Assembly (NCBI GenBank): GCA_965248495.1
Contig: CBDFJL010000003.1
Coordinates: 121,079 to 185,078, forward strand
Reading direction: 5' to 3'
DNA: 64,000 bases
Origin: Dehalococcoidia bacterium
GTDB lineage: Bacteria > Chloroflexota > Dehalococcoidia > Lucifugimonadales > Australimonadaceae
Positions 38,653 to 47,491 of the stretch are shown here, in pieces. Under the pieces are notes generated by a model that had not been told where the DNA came from, ran no database searches, and saw nothing but the letters and a program-made list of their open reading frames with translations. The position numbers and the translations under genes are program-made. The first letter of the stretch is position 1; every line of letters starts with the position of its first letter.

Positions 38653-38835
38653 CTACGTGACCAGCGCCGCTGCGAAGGCTTCAGCCTCACCCCGGTCGAG
38701 GACGAAGTCGAGTTTCGTGACCTGGCCCAGTTTGCTGAGGGTCAGGATGAGCCGTACCCGATCCTCGGTGGCCTGCTCAAGCTCCAGGAGCTTCGGCTCG
38801 TGCGCCAACACGAACACCTTCTGTGCTTCCGTCAT
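38653..38835 (-). CDS. Small hypothetical protein (60 aa)
   Basis: MTEAQKVFVLAHEPKLLELEQ...; GGGGGA RBS; 11 nt upstream of the next gene. Confidence 0.75.
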   Translation of the reverse strand: MTEAQKVFVLAHEPKLLELEQATEDRVRLILTLSKLGQVTKLDFVLDRGEAEAFAAALVT

Positions 38836-39058
38836 GATTCCCCCTAGTCGTCGCTGGCCGAGCCCGCTTTGCGCGGTATCAGGTGCCGCGATGGCCGGGA
38901 GTCTACTCTGGGCCGGGCACCGCTGGCGTCCGGCATCCCCCGCGTCGGCCCGGCCCGGTGTGGTCGAGGTGCGGTCAATTGCCACACCAGGCCAGGTCGC
39001 ATAGGCTTCGCCGTGGCAACCGCGCGCGTTCACGAGGTCCCGGCAAGGAGGTAGGCGC

Positions 39059-39433
39059 ATGAGCAACGATGATGGTCGGCCGCCCGTTTGGGTAGGACAC
39101 GTCACCATGGATACCGATCGGCTCGAGGAGTCGGAAGCCTTCATGAAGCAGATCGGCATGAGGCCGATGTTCCGCGGCGACGATGTCGCGGTGATGGAGC
39201 TCCGTGGGGGCACGCACCTAGTGCTCCGTCGAAGTCACGACATCAGGCCCGGGGACGCGTCGTTCGACCTGATGGTCGAAGACGTCAACGCCGTCTACGA
39301 GGACTTCACGTCCAGGGGGCTCGAGCCGTCGCCGATCGAGCGAGGGCGAATACACGCGTCGTTTACCGTGACCGAGCCGGCGGGACATCGCATCACTTTC
39401 AATTCGACGCACGTCTCCGACCAACCGGTCTAA
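39059..39433 (+). CDS. VOC/glyoxalase family protein
   Basis: VWVGHV, VMELRGGTHLVL, FDLMVEDV, TEPAGHRITFNSTH. AGGAGGT RBS. Confidence 0.88.
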   Translation: MSNDDGRPPVWVGHVTMDTDRLEESEAFMKQIGMRPMFRGDDVAVMELRGGTHLVLRRSHDIRPGDASFDLMVEDVNAVYEDFTSRGLEPSPIERGRIHASFTVTEPAGHRITFNSTHVSDQPV

Positions 39434-39463
39434 TCGCCGCGGAGTCGAACACGAAGGGCCGGC

Positions 39464-39808
39464 TCACTGCGAATCGGCGCGTGCCGTGGCCCCTGCGTAA
39501 CGCATTGCCACGTTGGGCATCGAGCCCTCGTGTTGCGCGGTGCCGCTTCGGACCTGCTCAGACGGTAGGAGGTCGGACAGGTAACGACCCGAGCCTGCTG
39601 TCACCACCGTCACGGAGTCCTCCAGCCCTGCGCTAAGCCGTGCGCCGCGGGACATCGTCAGGCTCCCGCCACCCGCCAGAGTGAAACGGGCCCGCATGAC
39701 GCCTGGCCGCTCGTCCAGCCCGGTGAGCCTCCATAGCCCTACCTGCCCTGGAATCTGAACGCGGTCGCCGACTCGGAGTTCGAGCACGTGGGGCAGAGGT
39801 AGTTCCAT
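39464..39808 (-). CDS. Hypothetical protein
   Basis: Beta-rich N-terminus LELRVGDRVQIPG...WRLTGL; no family recognised. Confidence 0.45.
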   Translation of the reverse strand: MELPLPHVLELRVGDRVQIPGQVGLWRLTGLDERPGVMRARFTLAGGGSLTMSRGARLSAGLEDSVTVVTAGSGRYLSDLLPSEQVRSGTAQHEGSMPNVAMRYAGATARADSQ

Positions 39809-40001
39809 GCGGCGCATCCTACGCGACCCTCGGCACTTCGCCTAGGCCACAGTCAAGACTCCGAGACGGTGCCCTCCCGCGTGCTGTACACTGCTGGGGT
39901 CCAGAGTTATCGAGAGCTACCCTACCCCCTCGGGCCGACACGCTGAGCGCCAGCGGTGCCTCCGACAGTGCAATGGGCATACTTAGGTGAGGAGCACCGC
40001 A

Positions 40002-40292
40002 ATGAAGATCTATGTTGGCAATCTCAGTTACGACACGCGGGACGAGGACCTCCGTTCCGCTTTCGCAGCCTTCGGCGAAGTCGCCGAGGCGACGGTCATC
40101 TCAGACCGTGACACCAATCGCTCTCGAGGATTCGGCTTCGTCGAGATGCCGGACCAGGCCGCGGCGCAGGCTGCGATGCAGGGCCTGAACGGCAAAGAAG
40201 TCGATGGCAGGGCGCTCACGGTGAACGAGGCCAAGCCCCGCGCAGACCGTCCTCAGTCGGGCGGCGGCGGCGGCGCGCGCCGCTCCTGGTAG
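40002..40292 (+). CDS. RRM (RNP-1) RNA-binding protein
   Basis: IYVGNLSY (RNP2), RGFGFVEM (RNP1), LTVNEAKPR, Gly-rich tail. Confidence 0.96.
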   Translation: MKIYVGNLSYDTRDEDLRSAFAAFGEVAEATVISDRDTNRSRGFGFVEMPDQAAAQAAMQGLNGKEVDGRALTVNEAKPRADRPQSGGGGGARRSW

Positions 40293-40316
40293 CCAGGCCG
40301 AACAGATAGCATGATG

Positions 40317-40356
40317 AAGCGGGCCTCCCGTGTCGGGGAAGGCCCGCTTTCTTTTT
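40317..40356 (+). terminator. Rho-independent terminator
   Basis: aagcgggcct...aggcccgctt stem followed by tcttttt. Confidence 0.85.
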
Positions 40357-40376
40357 CCCAGATCAGTGGCCCGCGG

Positions 40377-41120
40377 TTACAGCGAGGCGACCGCCGCCTC
40401 GATGGCAGAAGTAGCGACCCGGTGCGTGGTTCCTGGCTCGAACGCCAAGGGCGCTCCAAACGTGACCTCCACGCGGCCGCGTCGCAGCAACGGGAAGTAC
40501 CACGGCAGGCCGAAATCGTGGACGCGAACCCGCAGCGGCACTACTTGGACCCCCGCGCGAACCGCGCAGAACCCCACTCCACCCTTGAAGGGTTGCAGTG
40601 GCCCTCCCCTGGTCAGCCGGCCCTCCGGGTAGAGCAGCACCGACCACCCGTTCGTGAGGACTCGCTGTACGTTGTGTAACGTCGAGCGAATCGGTCCTGT
40701 GCGACGTATGGGAAACCCATTCCCTACTATCGGATAGAGGACCCGCCTGCCGTAGCTAGGCCACTGTTCGGTGGCCGCCGCGATGGCTACCCGCTTACGA
40801 ATCGAATTGGGCAACGCTTTCAGGATGAGGAGATGGTCCGCCGGATGGGTATGGTTCGCGGCAAACAACACCGGGCCTTGCAGTTCCTCAAGGTGGTGTC
40901 GGCCAAGAATGGTCAGGCGAAACGTCGACGAGAGTATGGGGAAGACGAGCGCTCGCTGGATGGTCCCCCTCAGCAGGCGGCACCAGAGAGCCGTTCCCCA
41001 ACCAGCCCATGATGTAGCCGCCACGTCCTGAGCGATCGCGGGCGCCGGCGGTGCCGAGGGGCGGGGCGTGAGTTGGACACGGGCAGGTACGCCGGGCGCG
41101 TTCGCGAGGGTGACGGTCAC
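40377..41120 (-). CDS. Lysophospholipid acyltransferase (PlsC-like)
   Basis: ANHTHPAD (NHxxxxD), FPIRR, YPEGRLT, PFKGG, VTFGAP. GTG start directly after the upstream stop. Confidence 0.88.
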   Translation of the reverse strand: MTVTLANAPGVPARVQLTPRPSAPPAPAIAQDVAATSWAGWGTALWCRLLRGTIQRALVFPILSSTFRLTILGRHHLEELQGPVLFAANHTHPADHLLILKALPNSIRKRVAIAAATEQWPSYGRRVLYPIVGNGFPIRRTGPIRSTLHNVQRVLTNGWSVLLYPEGRLTRGGPLQPFKGGVGFCAVRAGVQVVPLRVRVHDFGLPWYFPLLRRGRVEVTFGAPLAFEPGTTHRVATSAIEAAVASL

Positions 41121-41121
41121 C

Positions 41122-41382
41122 TCACTCACTACTGCGCAGCAGTTTCGCTGGTAGCTTGTCGACGCTAGCAGGACTGGCCGCGCTTCGCTCCTGATGTTGG
41201 GGGTCCACCCGCGGCTTGTCCTTGTGGCCGCCCGCGGGCGCGGGCCTCGACCAGGCTGCTTTCGTAACGCTGTTGTAGTAGTCGCGCTCTTCCCCGCATT
41301 TGCGACAGACGGCGTGACTCGTCGGACCGCTGGGTGAGTCAATCAGCCAATGGTGCGGGCATGGTTGGGCTTCTGAATGCAT
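41122..41382 (-). CDS. Small Zn-ribbon-like protein
   Basis: CPHHWLIDSPSGPTSHAVCRKCGEERDYYNS (CxH...CxxC). Confidence 0.75.
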   Translation of the reverse strand: MHSEAQPCPHHWLIDSPSGPTSHAVCRKCGEERDYYNSVTKAAWSRPAPAGGHKDKPRVDPQHQERSAASPASVDKLPAKLLRSSE

Positions 41383-41465
41383 GAGGACAGTATCTACCTA
41401 ATCGCTCTGGCGTACGAGCAAGTGGCTAATGCTGATGCGAGGCGTGCACGATCCAAAGGCACGCG

Positions 41466-41555
41466 TCAGGCCACGGCGATGATCAACACGGCGAAGGCGC
41501 TGAGGACGACGCCAAGGGACAGGGTCGATCGAACCACGACCAAGGCGATGTGCAT
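41466..41555 (-). CDS. Putative 29-aa single-TM small protein
   Basis: MHIALVVVRSTLSLGVVLSAFAVLIIAVA*; TATAGT 6 nt upstream of the ATG. Confidence 0.4.
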   Translation of the reverse strand: MHIALVVVRSTLSLGVVLSAFAVLIIAVA

Positions 41556-41749
41556 CCTCTGACTATACGCTGCCCGCGCCCTTTGGGCATCCGCCGTTGG
41601 TGCATGCCCCTACGGTCCCTGCGGGTAGATGGAAACAGACCTGGGCGTTAGCACGAACGGCTATCCCCTCCTCATGGCGTACGTTAGAAGCACAACCTCC
41701 GTCGTTGGCCCGCCTGTGAGCGGGCGGCGGCTTTCGAGCTTTGAGCAAC

Positions 41750-42367
41750 ATGCGCGGGGACCAACGCGGTATCACCGGCCTAGAAACGGCGATCATCATG
41801 CTCGCCTTCGTCACGGTCGCCTCGGTGTTCGCCTACACCGTCCTGTCCGCCGGCATCTTCTCCTCGGAGAAGGGCAAAGAGGCGATCCATTCGGCTTTGC
41901 AGCAGACGAGGGGCACCATGAAGCTGGCCAGCGCCGTCATCGCCAAGGACACCGGCGGGCCCACCAACAGCACCGCGTCCGACGACCTGCTCGACGAGAT
42001 CGTCTTCACCGTGGCCAGCGCCCTCGGGGGCGAGCTCATCGATCTGACGGCGACCGTGGATTCAGACAACGATGGCGACCTGTCGGACGAGACCGGCGCC
42101 GCCCACACGATGGTGGTCTCCTACATCGACGCGAACCAGCGGGTCGACGACGTTGCGTGGACGAAGGCCGCGGCCGGCAAAAACGATGGCGATGACCTGG
42201 TTGAGCCCGGCGAGCAGATGCGGATCACCGTGAACGTCTCTCAGCTAGCAACCAAACTCACCGCCGGCATTGAGTTCACCCTCGAGCTCAAGCCGGGTCG
42301 AGGGGCGGCACTCCCGATCGAGCGGGTCATTCCCGTCAGCGTTGATGGTGTCATGAACCTCAACTAG
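41750..42367 (+). CDS. Archaellin (archaeal flagellin, ArlB/FlaB-like)
   Basis: Class III signal peptide MRGDQRG|ITGLETAIIMLAFVTVASVFAYTVLSAG; C-terminal DDLVEPGEQMRITV...FTLELKPGRGAALPIERVIP typical of archaellins. Confidence 0.92.
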   Translation: MRGDQRGITGLETAIIMLAFVTVASVFAYTVLSAGIFSSEKGKEAIHSALQQTRGTMKLASAVIAKDTGGPTNSTASDDLLDEIVFTVASALGGELIDLTATVDSDNDGDLSDETGAAHTMVVSYIDANQRVDDVAWTKAAAGKNDGDDLVEPGEQMRITVNVSQLATKLTAGIEFTLELKPGRGAALPIERVIPVSVDGVMNLN

Positions 42368-42623
42368 CGCGCGCCCGAGGATCTCCGAGGAGAGGAATCC
42401 AGGCGCGGCGCGACAAGGTCGGCACCGGCCCTTCGGTGGCGAGCGGCTAGCCTCACTCATTCCAGGCGCCCAATTCAAGCTCCTTCCAGGGACGGGATTC
42501 CGGGCGCACTGGGAGAAGCCAGCGGAGTTCAATGAGGCGGTCCGCCAATTCATCATGGGTGAAAAGGTCACCTAGCGCAGACCGGCAGGGCCCTCGCGGG
42601 CACCTCGACGTAGTCCATAGTGA

Positions 42624-43706
42624 ATGGCCGCTCTGCTCCTAGTCACGGTGCTCTTCATCGCCGCTTGCGGCACCGGCGTCTCCACGCCAACGCTGCCCAC
42701 GCAAGTGGCTCCCACCGCAACGCCTACCGCGACGCTGGCGCAGACACCGCTATCGGTCCCTACCACGACGCCAACGCCTACGGCACCGCCCGCTCCGGCG
42801 CTCCCCCGGCTGGAGGCGGAGCCAACCCCCGTCAAGGAGCAGCGCGCGGTGTCGCGAGGCCCCGATGTCGTGTTTACCATTGCCTACGGTCCGGGGTCCA
42901 AGCACGTGGGCGACCTCAGGCTGCCCATCACCGCTATCGTCGAGGCGCAGCCCGGCATGGCGGAGGTCATGGAGGGCCCGGAGCAGCGGGTGCCGGTCGT
43001 CGTTTTGCTCCACGGCGGCTTCTGGCGTCAGTCGTTCGAGCGAGACCTGATGGACGCCCTCGCGCGGGACCTGACGGAACGGGGTTTCGCGACGTGGAAC
43101 GTGGAGTACCGAGGCATCGTTGGGGACGCGCCCGCGGGCAGCTGGCCCGATACCGGCCGCGATGTTGACGCCGCGATCAACCACCTGGCGCTGCTCAGTG
43201 ACGACCTGGGACTGGACCTCGAGCGCCTCGGAGTCATCGGGCACTCTGCCGGCGGTCAACTTGCACTGTGGGCCGCTGCCAGGCACCAGTTGCGGGAGGG
43301 GTGGCACGACGACGCCGACGACCGCTACCCCAGCGATGGGCTCTTGGTGCCGATAGCGGCGGCCGTATCGCTCGCGGGCGTCGTCGACCTGGCCGATGCG
43401 GCGATCCGGAACCTGGGCCTGGGGGCGGTCCAGACCTTTCTGGGCCCCGACTACCAAGCCCTGTTCGCCCACGCGTCGCCAATCGAGCTGTTGCCGTCCG
43501 GGGTCCCGACGTTGCTGGTCCACGGCGGCACCGACCTGATCGTCCCCCTCGCCCAAAGCGAGCGCTATGAGCGCGCGGCACGGAGGGCGGGCGACGACGT
43601 GGAACTGGCGGTGGTGCCGGGTGTGGGCCACTTTGAGGTCATCGATCCAGCGTCCGACGCGTGGCAGCAGGCCGCTAACTGGCTGGTCGCGCAGCTCACG
43701 CCGTAG
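42624..43706 (+). CDS. Alpha/beta hydrolase lipoprotein
   Basis: Lipobox IAAC, Pro/Thr linker, HGGFW, GHSAGG, HGGTD, GHF. Confidence 0.9.
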   Translation: MAALLLVTVLFIAACGTGVSTPTLPTQVAPTATPTATLAQTPLSVPTTTPTPTAPPAPALPRLEAEPTPVKEQRAVSRGPDVVFTIAYGPGSKHVGDLRLPITAIVEAQPGMAEVMEGPEQRVPVVVLLHGGFWRQSFERDLMDALARDLTERGFATWNVEYRGIVGDAPAGSWPDTGRDVDAAINHLALLSDDLGLDLERLGVIGHSAGGQLALWAAARHQLREGWHDDADDRYPSDGLLVPIAAAVSLAGVVDLADAAIRNLGLGAVQTFLGPDYQALFAHASPIELLPSGVPTLLVHGGTDLIVPLAQSERYERAARRAGDDVELAVVPGVGHFEVIDPASDAWQQAANWLVAQLTP

Positions 43707-43747
43707 TGATCCATTTGCCGGCCAGCCGGCGACTAGCTCTACGCGGC

Positions 43748-44248
43748 CTAGTCGAACGGCGTGCCCGACGACGTCCCGGATGCGTATTCGTAGTCGAAGA
43801 ACCGCCGGGGCCACCACACCGTTATCGCCGTCCACACTCCGACGCCCAGCCAGATGGTGGACTCCCACGTGTTGGCGATGTGCGTGAAGCCCAGGTTCTC
43901 TGGCGCATCGGCCCCGAAGAGCACACCAACCACGCCCAGCGCTATGAAGCCCAGGACGCACACTCCGGCGATGGTCCTCTTCCACTGCGACGACCAGGCC
44001 TCACCGATCCACAAGAGGACGACTCCCAGGCCGAGCAAGACGCCAGACTTGGCACCGTTCATGTAGACAACGGCGTCGGCTCTCTCCCAGTCGAAGACGA
44101 AGCCAAGCGCGCCCATGACGACCATGCCGAGGCCGGCGGCCATCAGCGCGCGGCGGGGCATCCACCAGTAGGAGTGGCGCAGCGGAAAGACCATCTGCGC
44201 CTCTTCTTGATTTCGCGGCGGTCCCACCAGAGGGAGAAGATCGGACAT
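43748..44248 (-). CDS. Small 4-TM membrane protein
   Basis: Four hydrophobic segments; GAGG upstream; alternative start 44194. Confidence 0.7.
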   Translation of the reverse strand: MSDLLPLVGPPRNQEEAQMVFPLRHSYWWMPRRALMAAGLGMVVMGALGFVFDWERADAVVYMNGAKSGVLLGLGVVLLWIGEAWSSQWKRTIAGVCVLGFIALGVVGVLFGADAPENLGFTHIANTWESTIWLGVGVWTAITVWWPRRFFDYEYASGTSSGTPFD

Positions 44249-44347
44249 TTTGGCACCTCGGGGTTAAGAACCAGCGGTCGTACCAGCGGAAGCCGTCGGA
44301 GGCTCATCACTGTGTCGTATGCCGCGCGTTGTTTTCGGCGACTTGGG

Positions 44348-44375
44348 TTGACATTCTACCGGATAACGGCACACT
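44348..44375 (+). promoter_or_regulatory. Putative sigma70 promoter of R4
   Basis: TTGACA-N16-CACACT, then AGGAG RBS. Confidence 0.45.
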
Positions 44376-44408
44376 GTCGGGTGCGCACTACGCACAGGAG
44401 AGTACTCG

Positions 44409-45737
44409 ATGGCAACGACGAATGGGCGGCGCCGGACGGTCACAACCCGCGAGGGGAAGAACGTTCCGTACGGCGCATCACAGATCGGTGTCTTCGACCT
44501 GGTTCCCCGACTCGGCTACCGGGAGTACTGGTACCCAGGAATCCACGACAAGAACGTTGGCCGCAAGCCGGTTTCGCTCAAGATGCTCGGCGAGGACCTC
44601 GTCTTCTTTCGGGACGCCGAGGGGCAGGTGGCTGCGCTCAGCGACTACTGTCCTCACCGTGGCGCGCGCCTTTCGGGCGGCTGGCGCCGCACTCCCGGAG
44701 GGGGTCCGGTGTCCGGCAAGATGAACAATGAGTTCAACGGCTTCATCACCTGCCCCTACCATGGCTTCACTTTCGACGGTACAGGTAATTGCGTCGCTGC
44801 GCTGACGGAGGGGCCTGACTCCCGGCTCCAAGAGGTGCTGAAGGCACCGCACTACCCCACGCGGACCCATCAAGGCGTCGTCTTCGTCTGGATGGGTGAG
44901 ACGGAGCCGGTGCCGCTGGAGGAGGACATCCCTTCGTACTTCTTCGATGAGGACGTGATCGTCCAGACGTACGTCCGGAAGTGGGACCTCAACTGGTCAC
45001 TGACCATCGAGAACTCGCACGACTCGCACGCGGTCAAGATCCATCGCGGGTCCATCCGCCGCTTTTTCAACCTCGGCCTCTTCCGCGCCTCCCCCGGCTA
45101 CCACGGGGCAATGAAGATCGCGAAAGAGACAGACAAGTCAATCCACATTACGTCTGCTGAGGCGGGACGAGCCCCGATGAACGCCTTCTACAGCGCGTTG
45201 GGGTCCCGATGGCCCAAGCACGTCTGGTGGCGGATCAAGCGAGGGAACGTCTTCAATGGAACCCCGCAGGCCTTCGACACCGACCGCCCTGGTTACACCG
45301 GCCTCTACGAGTTGCCGATGTGGGTCTCCCCCAGTGGCTCGGGCCCGCGTTGTCATCTGCGCGCCTGCGTGCCAGTTACGGGGGACGTCACGCGGATGTG
45401 GACGTTCACCCTCACACGCAAGTCGTTCTGGGGCGGTTGGAAGCGCCTGCTCTGGCAGTGGATCTACCACACGACGCACCTGTACCAGCTGCCGCAGGGG
45501 ACCAACGAGCTTGAGGACATGCCGGTGCAGGCGATGGGTTCGCTCGACCCCGACAGGCCTCAGAAGATCGGCGTGTCCGACGTCGGCATCATTGCCTGGC
45601 GCCGAAAGATGCCTCTCAAGTCGCGGGACGCCCAGCGCGTCTGGGGCGACCGCCAGCAAGAGGTGATCGCGGCCGTGGCCGATGCTGAGCTAGAGGAAGC
45701 CGCCGACCCGATGTGGCAGAAGACCGAGGCGGGCTAG
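44409..45737 (+). CDS. Rieske non-heme iron oxygenase R4
   Basis: GYREYWYP, CPH-X31-CPYH, TEGPDS, ENSHDSHAVKIH. Confidence 0.92.
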   Translation: MATTNGRRRTVTTREGKNVPYGASQIGVFDLVPRLGYREYWYPGIHDKNVGRKPVSLKMLGEDLVFFRDAEGQVAALSDYCPHRGARLSGGWRRTPGGGPVSGKMNNEFNGFITCPYHGFTFDGTGNCVAALTEGPDSRLQEVLKAPHYPTRTHQGVVFVWMGETEPVPLEEDIPSYFFDEDVIVQTYVRKWDLNWSLTIENSHDSHAVKIHRGSIRRFFNLGLFRASPGYHGAMKIAKETDKSIHITSAEAGRAPMNAFYSALGSRWPKHVWWRIKRGNVFNGTPQAFDTDRPGYTGLYELPMWVSPSGSGPRCHLRACVPVTGDVTRMWTFTLTRKSFWGGWKRLLWQWIYHTTHLYQLPQGTNELEDMPVQAMGSLDPDRPQKIGVSDVGIIAWRRKMPLKSRDAQRVWGDRQQEVIAAVADAELEEAADPMWQKTEAG

Positions 45738-45779
45738 GCCGCATCCGGGCGTCGGCCGGCTACGCGTCGACGATGCCGA

Positions 45780-47063
45780 CTATCGGCTCGCTGCTTCCTC
45801 AGCGCGCGTCGCTTGGATAGGCGGGACTGCCAGCAGATAGACGAGGCTGGCCAAAACCCAGGTGCTGGCGATGCCCATGAACGCGATCCGGTAGGAGCCG
45901 GTGGCGTCGAATATCGCTGCGACCAATACCGGCCCCGCGGCACCGGACAGCGTGAGAAATGGGCGCATCATGCCCCTGACGGCACCGAGATGCTCGCGGC
46001 CGAAGTAGTTGGCAACCATGAGTGGCTGCAGGATGAACTGGCCACCCATCGTGAGCCCCTGAATCACCGCATAGGTGAAAAGCATCAGCGGGCTGCGAAC
46101 CGTCAGCAGAAAGACAATCACGACGGCTGTGAGTGCCGTCTGTACCACCATGAGGTTGCGTGACGGGTATCGCTCGGCCAGGGTGCCCCAGATGAGCCGC
46201 GCCGACGCAGCAAAGAGACCGTAGACGGCGATGGCGGCAGCGCCGGTGCTCGCCGTGAACCCAATGTCTTGGAAATAGGGCAGCCAGTTCGGCTGGAAGC
46301 CCTGCACACCCATTCCGACGATCCCGATCGCCAGAAGGATCAGCCAGAAGCGCCGCGACCGCAGCGCCTCACGGCGTGTGACGCTTTGCTGCACGGCAAT
46401 GTTCGCCCGCCGCGGTGATTGCGGCGCCCGCGCCTGCTCTTCCGTGTCTCCGTCCGGGAACAGGCCAACGTCCTCGGGGCGTGTCCTGATCACCAACGCC
46501 GCCGGTATCAACACGACGAACGCGATGATGCCGAGGGTAAACCAAGCGTCGCGCCATCCTATGGTAGCAACGACCCACTGCAACGGGATCGTGAAGATGA
46601 TGCCCGACAGAGGCGTGCCCATCGTGGCGAAGGCCAAAGCCCGCCCCCGCCGGCGAACGAACCACTTGGGGACCAGCACCTGCGCCATGTTCTGGCCCGA
46701 GGTGAGCATGGCGAGCGCACCCAGCAGACCATAGAGGAGGTAGAACTGCCAGACGCTGTCGATGTACTTGAGGCCTATGAGCGACAGTCCCAGCAACAAC
46801 GCACCCGATAGCGCCAACCAGCGCGGGCCGCGCGTGGAATCCATCAACGGCCCCACGAAGGGTGCAGCCACGCCGCCGACCAACGCACGGATGCTGAGCG
46901 CGGCGAAGATGGTCGTTCGAGACCAGCCGAGCTCATCCTCCATAGGAATCACGAACACGCCGATGCCCCAGAACCCGATGCCGCCCGCGAAGACGCCCGC
47001 AGTGAAAACGGCGGCCACGATGATCCAGCCATAGAAAGGGGCGTGCAATTGAGTGCGTGGCAT
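45780..47063 (-). CDS. MFS transporter (OFA/MCT-like)
   Basis: FYGW, PKWFVRRRGRA, RTRPEDVGLFPDG, YFGREHLG. Confidence 0.92.
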   Translation of the reverse strand: MPRTQLHAPFYGWIIVAAVFTAGVFAGGIGFWGIGVFVIPMEDELGWSRTTIFAALSIRALVGGVAAPFVGPLMDSTRGPRWLALSGALLLGLSLIGLKYIDSVWQFYLLYGLLGALAMLTSGQNMAQVLVPKWFVRRRGRALAFATMGTPLSGIIFTIPLQWVVATIGWRDAWFTLGIIAFVVLIPAALVIRTRPEDVGLFPDGDTEEQARAPQSPRRANIAVQQSVTRREALRSRRFWLILLAIGIVGMGVQGFQPNWLPYFQDIGFTASTGAAAIAVYGLFAASARLIWGTLAERYPSRNLMVVQTALTAVVIVFLLTVRSPLMLFTYAVIQGLTMGGQFILQPLMVANYFGREHLGAVRGMMRPFLTLSGAAGPVLVAAIFDATGSYRIAFMGIASTWVLASLVYLLAVPPIQATRAEEAASR

Positions 47064-47287
47064 CGCTTAGGCCACGCAGTATGCCAGTGTCGCAGCGACC
47101 ATTGTGAATCCGCAGCCGCGCGACGCACCGCGTCATGCAACCGATACCCGGTTGGTTCCTATTTATAAGAGTCGCTTTTATGAGGGTCGCGCGGGCGAAC
47201 GAGCTCGGGGATAAGGCTCCTCAGCCGGACGCAAAGGACGCCGCCGCGTGCCGGTCGTCGCGCGAGCCGACGGGGCTCCGCCTCCGC

Positions 47288-47316
47288 TTGACCTACGGGC
47301 GAGAGGGGTGCAGAAT
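47288..47316 (+). promoter_or_regulatory. Putative sigma70 promoter of the R5-R6-ABC operon
   Basis: TTGACC-N17-CAGAAT. Confidence 0.5.
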
Positions 47317-47320
47317 CCGC

Positions 47321-47453
47321 GACACTTCGTAGTCCGCCTCGTGTCGCTGCATCGATTCGGCAACAAACCGAGGCGGCGAGGCGATGATCGCAACCCAGCT
47401 AGGCGGCCGGACGCCTTCTGATTGAAGCGAAGTGTCATCGGGCCCCTTCGGGC
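47321..47453 (+). ncRNA. Candidate structured 5' leader RNA
   Basis: gacacttcg (47321-29) pairs with cgaagtgtc (47428-36), enclosing ccgcctcg/cgaggcgg and aggcg/cgcct stems. Confidence 0.45.
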
Positions 47454-47491
47454 TAACGAACGGTTCGCGCGGTTCGAGATTAGGAGGTGTC

